Part shown: positions 37,423 to 50,100 of the stretch, one piece after another
How the letters are laid out: every line of letters starts with the position of its first letter
Numbering within the stretch: position 1 is the first letter of the stretch
Origin: Paragordius varius
Taxonomy: Eukaryota; Animalia; Nematomorpha
DNA length: 64,000 bases
Direction of reading: 5' to 3'
NCBI GenBank assembly: GCA_964247055.1
Contig: OZ176052.1
Coordinates: 124,001 to 188,000 of the forward strand
Translations under genes and position numbers: made by a program
The notes under the pieces: generated by a model
Seen by the model: the letters and a program-made list of their open reading frames with translations, nothing else
What the model was told of the DNA's origin: nothing
Databases searched by the model: none

Positions 37423-40400
37423 ATGCATCTAAAATCTATTACAAGTTTAATGGTCCCTAAGGAATTACAAGTTATCTTTTTTCTAAATATTTAGGAATGC
37501 CTTAAATCTCAAAAAGCTCCATCTTGGGAAATATTTGATTCTTATATTGGAGTTTGTTTGGAACAATATAATTTTTCAACCGCAGAAACCTTATACCGTT
37601 TGTTAGATTTATTAATTTCGTCTCAATTGTCAAACTTATCAAATTCTACACAATCAATACCGAAATCAATATTACAATACATTAAACTTTTCAATTATTA
37701 CAATACAAAAGATGCCACAAAAATATTCGTAAATTTCGATCTTTTTTATAAAATAATCCTCCTAAGCTCACAATATGAATCCAAAAATAGTTTTGAAGCC
37801 TTAAGCAACATACTTTTGTATGAAATTTTGTTTTCAGATGAAAATTGGACACATTTAAAGACTTATTTTCTGAGCATAAATAATTCTATCAAAGATGAAT
37901 CCAAAAATAAAAATCATGCCCTAACTATTCACAAATTCCTGGATGAACACAAAAATTTATCCACTTCAAAGCGTAATTTTCTTATATCACTTTTAAATAT
38001 TTTTAATTTAGTCTGATAGTAAAATTCGAAACGATAAGTAATTAATGAAATAAAATTTAAAATCTTTTTAATAATATGGTTTCAATTTTTTTAAAAAAAA
38101 GAGTATATTGGATTTTCCTTCTATTCCAACAAAGTTTAAGCATATTTTTTGTCTTTTATTTAATACTATAAAATATTTTTAACATGTCATAGAGTACAAC
38201 CGTAATATAAATGGCATATGCAAAAATTGATATTTTCTTACTATAAAATATAATTTTACGTAATTAAAAACTCAAACTTTTAATAATTCTTTATTTGACT
38301 AGTATTTTCGGCTTATCCTGAATTACGATCGCTGATAAGCACAAAATTAGTGGAACCAATTTTTCACAAAATTCTCGATGGAAAAAGCTTGAATGATAAA
38401 AGCATTCAATTGATTTTTCCAATCTTAGAAGACTTTGTTTTACAACTTTTTTGTCCTGGGAACTCTGAAGAACAATCCAATTCTACCCATATAAAGGCTC
38501 TTTCAGCCCTTTATAAAATGTTAAATAACCTAAATTTGGAAAATGAGCTATGTGATTATGGTAATATAATTTAAGATTTTTATGATTTTACAGTAATTGA
38601 TTGATATTATACGAACAAAAGTTTAATCTTGATTTATCCTATAAAAAACATTTAATTACAATCGTAAAACATATAATTGATTGTGTTACCAATTTACATT
38701 TCTATCTTATACTTTGTAGTTTAAAACAAGTTATAATGTGATAAATTTTTTGAAAAAAAATATTTGTCTATATTTTCGTGTTTTGTCTGTATAATTTTAA
38801 TTTTTACTGTAAATTCATTGAAACTTAAAAACTTAAGCCTTTATATTTTTGAATGATAGAACCCCTATTTTTTGATAGATTTATTCCCATATAACTTTAA
38901 TAATTACAAATCTAAACTGTCTAATTGCATATGTTTCCAATTTAAAGTTAACAAAAAGGAAAATTTTAAAATCTATATATTTATTAGGATTTAATTTTTA
39001 TCTCTTTCTTTTATAATTCACATTAATATATATATATATATATATCAGAACGTCGCAAGAAACATTTGAATCACACAACAGCCAAAAAACTTAAAAGTTC
39101 TAATGAACAAAAGATCCCTGGAAACATTACAGAATCAAAATCTGAAATCAATTATGTCCAAAAATATCACGTGCTTGTTGAAACTCAAATATCATCAGCC
39201 ATTACAAGGGCTACCTTTAAACAATCCCTCTTGAAAAATCACAATTCCGTCGTTTTAAAAGTGCAACTTGAATTGATTTTTAACGCTCTAACCTTATCAA
39301 ATGCACATTTTACCCAAAATTTTTGTAATACCCTACTTAGTCTTTATAAAACGCAATCCATGGATTTTTCCATTCCTCATAATAACGATTATTCTTTGGA
39401 TTCAGAATACATCTTTCCAGCTTTGGTTTATGTTCACAGCAAACTTTCATGCTTTAATCAACAATTTTTTGATCAAATGTTAAATTGTTTAACAACAGCC
39501 ATGAATAATGCGACAATCAAGGACAAGGAATATCCTCCATTGATTTTGGGACCTAAAACTTTGAATTAGTAAGCCCCCATTTTAATTATACCACCCTTGA
39601 ACAATTCAAATTTACCCTTGAACATTTCAAATTCACCCTTGAACATTTCAAATTCACCCTTTAACAATTCAAATTCACTCTCTAACATTTCAAATTCACC
39701 CCCTTGAACATTTTAAATTCACTCTTAAACAATTTAAATTCACCCCCTTGAACAATTTAAATTCACCCTTGAACAATTTAAATTTACCCTTGAACAATTC
39801 AAATTCACCCTTGAACAATTCAAATTTAATCTTGAATAATTCAAATTTACCTTAAAAATAATTTATCTGTTTTCGGGCGATTAATTAACTCATCATTTAA
39901 AATGAAATATATCTTTATGGCATAGCCTAATGTTTTTCAGTATATATTCATTTTAAACAAAATTTCATTTTTTAAAAATATAATAGGTAATTTAGGATGA
40001 ATTTGAACTGTAAATGGTATATAATTTGGGTTTTACTAAAACGTATTTTTTTTGAAAATTTGATGTTATAAATTATAAATTTCTTGATATTATCAACGAG
40101 AATTAATATTTTCTGTATTAAATATTGAATTCTTGATTTAATATTTATTTAGTATCTGCAAAATTTTATAAATGACACTTTATTTATCAATGTAGGCATA
40201 TTAGTTAAAATTTGATTTTGACTTTACATTTATTAATTTTTTAATATGTTTTAGCTTGAAATATGAAGTGTTTTCTAAAATGCGAATTCCAATTTTACTC
40301 ACCTTCTGTCAGAGCTGTATTCAACTATGGAATGAAAAAAGTTTTTATTTTTATTACTTACATTAAAAACTGAAATTATACGGACAAAATGTAAAAATAT

Positions 40401-43400
40401 AAAGACAAATATTTTATTTTAAAAGACAATTAACCATATGCTTTTTAAATCTTAATTTATTTACCCAATATAACTCATAATTTAAAGGCAAATGTGAAAT
40501 AGATTTATATATATATATATATATATTAACACAATCAATTCTATATTTTACAATTGTAACTAAGTAGCTTATATGATGAAAATTAAGGTTATAAAAGTAT
40601 GTGTCTTTTAGAAAAAAATATTTGCCTTTATATTTTTACGTTTTGTACTACCGTATAATTTTATTTCTTACTGTATTAAATTTATTTTTTACTTTTTTTT
40701 GAAAATTATTAATTTTTGAATCATATTTTTTTATAAAAAAAAATAATTTTTTAGATCCTTTAAACAATATTGCAATTCAACAATTGTTAACGTGCTTATT
40801 GGCAAGATTGGATTGTTTTAAAACAAATCTTATGTTAACAAATCCATCAGAATTTTCTCAACTTTGTGAAATCCTTTTGAAATGTTTCAAGTTTCAACAG
40901 GAATATAATCTGGATATCCTTCAGGTTTTTACTGGTGATTTTTTTTTAAATTAAAACCCTAGTGAAAATTAATATATTTTATGGACAAAATGTAAATATA
41001 TAAAGATATATAATTTTTTAAAAGACAACCATCCTTTTTCAACCTTTATTTATCCTATAAAACTATTTAATTACAATTATTATATAATTAATTGTGATTT
41101 CTATATTATACTTTGTAGTTTAAAACAATGGGATTTATATTTTAAAAAAACAAGATAAGTATGAATTAGCTGTCTTTAAAAAAAAATATTTGTTTTTATA
41201 TTTTAAGTTTTGTCCGTACATTTTCAATTTTACTGTAATATGAAGTTTATAAAGAAAACAAAATATAAAAGGTACAGTAAAAATTGAAATTATAATAAAG
41301 ACAAATATTTTTTTCCAAAAGACAACCCCATACTTTTTTAATCTTGATTTTTAAAACATTGTTTTAACATACAAAGTATAATATAAAAATGTAAATTAGT
41401 AACACAAATTATATATTTACAATATTAATTAAATAGTTCATATATAAATTAAGGTCTAAATAATTATGGTTGTCTTTTGAAAAAAAATTTGTCTTTATAT
41501 TTTTACATTTTGTCCGTATAATTTCAATTTTTACTGTAAATGATATATATTATTTATTTTAAAAAAACCATACTCAAACCTTAGTTTTTTCTATATAATT
41601 TTATTTTTACTGTAAATTATAAATTAAAATTTTTATTCATATATTTTTTACTTATTATAGAACCATTCTTCCAAAATCCCAATGGTAGTTACTGTTTTCT
41701 GCCGTTTTGTGAGTTCAACACTAAATCGATGGCTTGAAATTTGGTTTTATACGAAAGATTTAGGCTTAAATTCGCAAATAACTGCAGAACATACTAAAAC
41801 TCTAATAGATTGCCTATTTCAAATAATTTTTGGGCAAATTGAAAGTCTTGAAGAATTTTATCGTTTACCGGAAACATATTCTTCAAGAACCACTTACCTT
41901 GAATACCTATTTGATTGGGTAAGGTTTTTTTTGTTCATAAAAAATGCGCATGTTAAAAACGGATCTACTTTAATGCAATCATGAATAATTTAAAAACTTT
42001 AAGTAGTCTCTAAAAAAATGGGAAATTACAGGAAATTTTTATCATTTTAATTATTAATATCACAAAAATTATTAGTTGCTTCGTTTTATAATTAAACAAA
42101 AAAAATTAATTTCTATAATTGTGGTTTGACAGGTTATAAAGAATGTCAATTGATTAACTATCGAACCGATTAGTGAGCAGTTTAAAAGGCAACCCATTAT
42201 TTGTAATTAAAAATTAACAATTTTTCTATTTTGGAAAAATATTTTATATTATTTCCTCTTTTTTATAGCTGGACATTGCAGTTTTGGGCGAGTTAAAATA
42301 CCCAATGATGATTTTAAACCCAAAACTCGTAAACAAAAACGAGGAAATTGATTTAAAATTTACAGTTAAAATTTTAACGGTGTTTAATTCTTTTTACGGG
42401 TCATATCAGCTCAATTTAGCGGACGAATTTCAAACTACTTACGATTATCAATTGAGAAAATGGTTTGAGGTTTGGAATTTAAACCTTAAACCTTTGCTGT
42501 TTTATGAGTTAACGACTACCGAATCGAATGATAAAATATCAATTCAGACAGAATTATCGAAATTTATCGTTAATATGTTACATTTCCAATGGACAAATTT
42601 TACAAAGCGCGGAAAAAGCCCTGAGGAAAATATTTTAGAAGATTCTGGAATATATCGTTACAAAGGAATTGCTGATATATTCTTGGAACCAATTTTAAAG
42701 GATTTGTTTAAAATAATCGTTTCTAATTACTCTGATACTACTCAACAGTCCAATTTCGTTCAAGAAATATTTAAGATGGTAAGCTTAGTTTTTATATTTT
42801 TTTTATAAATTTTAAAAAGTTTTGACTTTATATGTCATTTAATATAGAGTATAACAATGACATTATACGGACAAAATATAAAGACAAATTTTTTTTTCAA
42901 AAGACAACCAACCCTACTTTTTTAAACCTTAATTATCCTATAAAAAAAACATTTAATTACAATCGTAAAATACATAATTAATTGTGTTACCAATATACAT
43001 TTCTATATTATACTTTGTAGTTTAGTTATGTTTTAAAAAAACCAAAAAAATTGAAAAAATATGGTAGTATTTTAGAAAAAAATATTTGTCTTTATATTTT
43101 TACGTTTTGTCCCAATTATAATTTCAATTTTTACTATATGTATATAACATTAACAATATTTTAGGCACTTCAAAATTTAACTCACACGTCAGAACTTTTA
43201 AAGAAATTACAAACCGAAACACACTTCGAATTCCTTCTGGAATCTGAAATTTGTTTCAATACTTTTCTCCTTAATTTCACCCTAAGATATCAACACAACA
43301 TCTTTTCAAATGATTATTTTAATATCATTGAAAATCAATTATCAATTTTTTCCGATATTATAAATGTATTCCTGCCCATTATAAAATGGATTGTTTCACA

Positions 43401-46400
43401 AGACAAATCTTTGAATAGCAATGAACGCAAACTGGCAATTTTAGCATTTATGTTTAAATTTTTACAAATGGTTTTGACCAATTCCATTGATATACATTCT
43501 CTCCACTTTAGTAGTGAATTAAACGACAGTGCGGTATCTTTAATGTCACAAATTTGTGTGAAAATTAAAAAAGTAACTCAAACATGTTTTAAACATTGTT
43601 GCGACAACAAAGGCAAAAATTTAACCAATTCCCTAGTCAATTTATATGATTTTATGATTCATTTTCGCCGTACACTAGGGGCTTTTGAGCAAAATCTCAA
43701 AGAAAAAGAACAAAATTTTTCATTAATAATCCAACAACAGTTTGATGAATTTGTTGTGCAACAAAGTTTAAATTGGCTTTCAAACATTCACAAAAAGAAT
43801 ACTTTATTAAATTCAAACCGGAATTTAGCGGTTATTATTAGCCGATTTTTAACATACTTGGAAAATTTACCACAGAATACTAGTCAGTTATGTAATGAAT
43901 CTATAAATGCTATTCAAAATCATTTTATGATTCTTGAAGAACATCAAGATAAAAAGAGTTATGGAAATATATTAACCATGTACAAAATCCTTACAAATTT
44001 ATTCCGTATAACCCTAATAAAAGAAAAACCGCTAGAGATCAATAAAATATGTCAAGTTGAAATTTTGCTGACTGAAATTGTTCAAAATGTTTGGGATAAA
44101 TTTTTTGAAAACCAAACAAAGCAAAAAGAAAACTGTCAGAACCTAAAAGCAGAATTTAACACGCTCCTTGAAATTATCTTGGAATCAATGGAATTAATTG
44201 ATTACCTCGGGAAAAACGATAATGAAAATCTTTCAGTGCAAAACAACCATCCAAATCCAATTTTTAACAGTCATGAAAAATTATTTCGATTTCTATCGCA
44301 ATTTTTTGACATTAAAGATGAATTTTTCACAAGTAATACCTTTGATGATAATTTAAATTCTGGTAAGACCTCCTCAGGACAAGCCATAAAATGGTTTTGT
44401 CAAACTTTCCAAAAAACAATTTTTTTAGCGATTCAAGAAAATGAAATTTCTAATATGCCCGCATTTCTCACATCATTTGTGAACTGTAAAACTGAAATAA
44501 AATCTACAAATTCACATGAAAATGATGGATTTTATAGGATGTTTTGGATCAAATTCCGTCAACACTTTATAACTTGGATTAGGAATGATTGGAAACCAGA
44601 TAATATTCTTTCCAACTTGGAAATCTTGAAAAGTTTTAGACAAGAATCCCAAAACTCAAAGGCTGAAAACGAATACTCAATTAATTTTCTAATTTACTTG
44701 TGGGCTCTTGAAATTTTAATCTCCGCATCTCCTAACAATACACTTATTAAATGGGCTCAAAATTTATCTCAAACCTTGTTAATTCAAATGTTTCACAACT
44801 ATATTGAGGTATATCAGTTTTGAATTATTGATATTCTTAAAATATTTAGAGCGATAAAATTGCATTTATCCGAAAAAATTAATAGTTAAAAATTAAATGG
44901 AAAACAATTTTAATGTTTTAAATAATGGGAATAGAATTCAGAGTTTCGGTTTGAAAAAGCTATGAAATACGGATATTAAACTCCTGAAAAAATTCTTATT
45001 ATTAAACTTTTCAATACTATTTTATGATAATTTAAATTATAATGCCTTTTTCTACGTTTTCATATATCGTTTTCAATAGTTATATTTTGAATTTTTTCCA
45101 ATGATTTTTATTTTTACTGTAGATTTATCGAAAGTTTTTGCATGATTTGACGTCTTCAAAATTCGAACAAAGCCAAGACCAGAAAATCCACAATATATTC
45201 CGCAATATATTGATTCACCAATTTTTATGTCCTTTAAAATATTTTTTAAAGGTGAGATAATTTCATCATCATTTCTTTTATCCATTTACACATATAATCA
45301 GTAAAAATTGAAATTATACGGACAAAACGTAAAAATTGAAAAAGACAAATATTTTTTTCTAAAAGACAACCATACTTTTTAAATCTTGATTTTTTTATAT
45401 ATCTATCTCATTGTTTAAAATGGCAAAGTGTGAAATAGAGATATACATTATTAACACAATCAATTCTATATTTTACATTTGTAACTAAATAACTTATATA
45501 AGAAAAATTAATAAAAAAGTATGGTTGTTGTGTTTCAGTTAAATATATTTGTTCTTATAGATTTACGTTTTGTCCGCGTATTTTATATTATACCACCATC
45601 AGGATTTTTAATTTTTATTACATTTTATAATTATAGAAATTAAAAGATCCCCAAGAAGTTCAAACGGCTATCTCGATGGCATTTTCGTCTTTTCAACAAA
45701 TATGCGCTTTAAAAAACGCACAAAACAATAAACATCCCAATTCCAAGAATGATTCAATTTTTTTCGTGGAGATTGAAACAATCATACTGTACATGGATGT
45801 TTGGGCAATTTGTATTGTCCGCGGTTCTAATACAATTCTTTCCTGTACAACAGATTCATGTCCTGCCTTTGAACTGACATCTTTTAATAAAGAGGCCGGA
45901 TTCTCCTGCAATTTTTTAACCGTTACTCATTGTATATCACTGTGTGCCAAATCAATATGCGCCACCATAACTTCTTTATTTTCCAACAATAAGCATCATC
46001 ATCAATTATTGGGGATTGAAATGGCATTGTCATTTTCTAAACTTATAAATACTTTAACGCGCGTTTTCCAACATTTATGTGCTTCAGAAGGTCTCACCAA
46101 TAAACGCAAATGGCAGAAAAAGGCTAAAATCTTAGAAAATGAAACCACAAATATGAAGTATTCAAGGATTAAAACGGCCCTTTGGCCTTTCTGGATCGTT
46201 GAGTTTTTTTTTGTTTTAGCTCATGGCCTGTCGCAGCAAATCAATCCAAAGAATCAACTTACAAAAGCTTGTGACATTATTCGAAACACTTTAATGGACA
46301 TTATGGGTTCATGCGATAAACAAACGCTAACTTTTGTCCATTGGTCCCTTGTCCTTGCTCATAAAAATGCAAAAATAACTGGAAATGATTTTTACTTCTT

Positions 46401-46548
46401 AAGAGAAAAGAGTGAATATAACTCAGAAACTTTAAATCATTACAATAATGGTAATGATGTTATCAACGCTCGGAATCAAATAGCCAAATTTTGTCAAACC
46501 GTTTTCGAAGATTTTGAAAGACATCACAGATACAAAGGGAAAAATTAG
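37423..46548 (+). CDS. URB2: Large helical-repeat protein (about 1670 aa), probable URB2/Npa2 nucleolar pre-ribosome factor
   Basis: Phase-consistent exons 37423-37470, 37495-37972, 38303-38560, 39049-39568, 40255-40340, 40755-40924, 41661-41918, 42269-42778, 43165-44808, 45123-45251, 45637-46548 (5013 nt). C-terminus LMDIMGSCD..ARNQIAKFCQTVFEDFERHHRYKGKN resembles the Urb2/Npa2 C-terminal motif. The gene model is strong, the name moderate. Confidence 0.65.
38589..38811. mobile_element. MITE family A copy (internally deleted) in URB2 intron 3
   Basis: TA-CAGTAA terminus and TTTTACTG-TA end. Confidence 0.8.
39587..40021. mobile_element. Foldback-type element in URB2 intron 4
   Basis: About a dozen AACA(A/T)TT(C/T)AAATT(C/T)AC(C/T)C units, then the same core and TGTAAATGGTATA terminus as 32638-33182. 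Confidence 0.85.
40359..40675. mobile_element. MITE family A copy in URB2 intron 5
   Basis: Same inverted arms. Confidence 0.87.
40959..41538. mobile_element. Two adjacent MITE family A copies (about 40959-41237 and 41273-41538) in URB2 intron 6
   Basis: Two full sets of inverted arms, each ending TTTTACTGTA. Confidence 0.87.
42843..43138. mobile_element. MITE family A copy in URB2 intron 8
   Basis: Same inverted arms. Confidence 0.85.
45297..45590. mobile_element. MITE family A copy in URB2 intron 10
   Basis: Same inverted arms; right end decayed. Confidence 0.85.
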
Positions 46549-46865
46549 TGGTGTCAATTTTGCCTGAGTATATATATTATATTACAACATGTATAGTTAA
46601 TTGAAATAAATGAATGGAATTGTGATATTGGGCAGCGTTTATAAAAGAGGATAGAATAAATTTCAGGAGTTTGAATAGACTAAATTTATGAAAATGCTAA
46701 AAAAGAACTGGAAACTTAAATTTATATTTTAGGAGTTTTGAGAAATTTAATTTTGTAAAATTAATTCGTAAGATAATAATTAATTACAGTATTAAGTATA
46801 CATTGTTGGTTATTTTATCAAATATTGTCGGATAGCATATACAGTAGAGAACATTATTTACTAAC

Positions 46866-47126
46866 TATAGTAAATACTGAAATTATACTATGGACAAAAC
46901 GTAAAAATATAAGGACAAATATTTTTCTCTAAAAGACAACCATACTTTTTTAAACCTTATATCCTATAAAAAACATTTTATTACAATCGTATAATACATA
47001 ATTGATTGTGTTCCCAATTTACATTTCTATATTATACTTTGTAATTCAAAACAATGAGTTATATTTTTAAAAATAAGATTAAAAAAGTATGGTGGTTTTG
47101 TCCGTATAATTTCAATTTTTACTGTA
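46866..47126. mobile_element. MITE family A copy between the convergent URB2 and MARS2 3' ends
   Basis: Same inverted arms. Confidence 0.85.
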
Positions 47127-47185
47127 ATTATCAGTATATTATCAATAATCGCAATTCAAATAAATTATTCCTTTATGAATGTGTT

Positions 47186-50100
47186 TCATATACGGGGATA
47201 AAATATTTTCCTGGGGTTTTCTTTTTCAGTTGTTTTATGAGTTTCTGACAATGAAATAATAGGACCGTCACCTATTTGTGTGGATGATGTTTCAAACAGA
47301 GCTGGTGTTAAATTTAACCACATTTTAGCCATTATATTAGGGTCTTTGTCATTATTTTGTTCAAAGTTATGACTTAAAAGCAGACAACTCAATGATTCAA
47401 GGATTGTTTGAGTAAATTTTTCATCTTTTAACAATTCAAAGGGGGGAATAATATTATTCTGTGAGTTTGAAGAATCCTTGCACATTAAACATTTCAAGAT
47501 TTCTGGAAACATGATTTGAGGAGAATTACTCATTATAAGAGTCAATAGATTATGTGCTAGCCTGGGTACAAATGCCAACATAAGGAGTGAAGAAAAGAAA
47601 AGGGCATTCATGGTGGCTTCAATCAAATTCTGAGTTTGAATCCAAAGTTCTGTTAGATTTTCTGTTTTCTTTAAAAGAGATTCATTCTTTTCTTGTCTAA
47701 AAACAAATATATGAAATGGAAAATTTTTATTTAAAATTATTTTGTTAAAAAAAATAAATAGCCTTGAGAACTAAGTTATTGATTAAGTATATGACTACAT
47801 TTTAAAATCAAGAATTGATTACAATTCAGCTTAATAGAGTTTACTAATTGTAAAAAATTTAGATTTAAATAAATTCAATTATTGCTAAAATGACATATTT
47901 CAATTGATACAATGAACCAAAATCCAATTAAACGGAAATTAACACAAAATTTACAATTTTTGTTATAACAACTTGGAGAAACACGCGTCAAGCCTAAATA
48001 ATCAACCTAATAGTTAAATCCATTTTTTTTAAACATCATTTAACTATAAATACAGTAAAGATTGAAATTATACGGATTAAAAATAAAGACAAATATTTTT
48101 ATCTAAAAGACAACAATACTTTATAAAACCCTCATTTTCTCAAAAAAGTTACTTGGTTACAATTGTAAAATATAGATTTGATTGTGTCAGTAATATATAT
48201 TTCTTCACATTTTGCCATTAAAAACAATGAGTTATATTGAAATAAATGAAGATATAAAAAAAAGGTTTGTCTTTCAGATAAAAATATTTGTCTTTAAATT
48301 TTACATTTTGTCCGTATAATTTCAGTTTTTACTGTGTAAAGCTAAAAAAAATATGCTAAATAAGATTTCCCACTACTTTCTAAAAAGGGTCCATGGTTTA
48401 ATTTCTTCGAACCGTGCATTACAAGGACTTGATAGAGTTGACAACATGATATCCAAAGCTTTATCAAACCGTAAAACATTGGGTGAACAAAAATTCTGAA
48501 AATCCCTTACCATATGATTGGGTTTTTGTAATAAGTCTGAAGAGGGAGATGAACATAATCCGCCTTTAAAGTAATCAAACCAGGGATCTTTAAAAGTTTG
48601 ATTTGAAGGACCTAATGTAAAAAGAATATATAAATATATTGGATATATAACAATCGAGTATTTGGCTAAATTTATAAGCTTGACTGTAAAATAATATCCG
48701 TTAAAAATGACAAAAAAATTTTCCATATGTGTCTATCAAAAACGATATGAAGTAGAAAAATGTATTATCCATAATTGCTGTTATATATCATTTACATTCT
48801 AATTTAACCCAGGAACTATCAAATCCATACAAATTTACCCTAAAAAATACCAGTTTGTGGACAAAATTAATTGATAATCAAGATAAAATATAATATTTTG
48901 CACAATATATCATTTTTTTCGGTTTTAAAACCCCGGTAGAAAAAAACAGTTTTTTAATTAGTTAATATGAATAACTTTATTGAGATACAAGATACATTTA
49001 CATTTGCAGTGAAATTTAATCGACTGGTTATAACTGTGTAAAAACTTCATTTTGTTAATTATTAAGTAATCTAAAATCCAACTCTAAGTATAATATATAA
49101 ATTACTAAATTAAAAATTTTACATGTTTGATTAAACTGATCCATATTGTTTGTTCTGAATTTAGAGATGAGAACAGATGTTCGATTCCATAAATTGCCAA
49201 TATTATTGGCTAAATCAGTATTCACCATATCTTTCAACCTAAAATACTCATATTTTTTTCAATGAAAAACGATATTTTTTGATTCCTAATAAAATCTATA
49301 TAATTACACTTGGAAAATAGTTTATATCTTTATTCCTTACTATAAAAAATTTGCTTAAATGTTATCTTATTTTACTCTATTTTATAGATTTTTTTGTTAA
49401 ATTTACTTTGCTTTTTTATGAAAAAAAAATAATACCTTTGTTCATTGAAATTGGAATCTTGAGTTATATCAGCACCACCCTTTAAAAGGGCCCAAGTTAG
49501 CCCTTCAGAACTTCCAAAACCATTTTTTGCGTCTGACAGGATCTCTGGGTCTATAGAGTTACCCAAACTTTTTGACATCTAATTGAGTAAAAAACGGAAA
49601 TTACAGTAAAAACTTAAATTATACGGACAAAACGTAAAAATTAACATTTTTTCTAAAAAGAACCATATTTAAATATAACTTATTTATTGATAAAATAGCA
49701 AATTGTGAAATAGATATATATATATGACTAAAACAATAAATTTTTATTTTACAATTTAAAAAAGTATGGTTGTAAAAAATTGTCTTTATATTTTTAATTT
49801 TGTCAGTATAATTGCTATATTTACTTTAATATGTCAACTATTTGTAAAAACTTAAATAATTAACCATTTTTACTCCTAATTTTCGATATGAAAAACCTAA
49901 CAAATCGAAATTAATGGAAATCTAGATTCATAATATTGTTCTCGTATTTTATCCTTTAATATTCTATATATTTTCATTATATTTCCCAAAATATCAAATT
50001 TTAAGTTTAAATGAATTTTAAAATAAAAAAAGATTTTGATTTTGATTTTAGAAAACTTTTTGTCCTTGAATGGTCCAATGTGAATGACAAATAATTTTTT

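Noticed and set aside
44809-44882. 41-nt intron followed by a short terminal exon (SDKIAFIRKN-stop) in URB2
   Set aside because: It would delete the conserved C-terminus, and the 44808-45123-45637 chain is in frame; no support without RNA data.
45073-45285. Minus-strand 70-aa ORF suggesting a nested gene in URB2
   Set aside because: It is the antisense shadow of the plus-strand URB2 exon 45123-45251.
49084-49105. Another apparent 22-nt GT-AG intron in MARS2
   Set aside because: The donor at 49121-49122 spliced to 48611 gives a phase-correct MetRS; the short option leads to non-homologous sequence.
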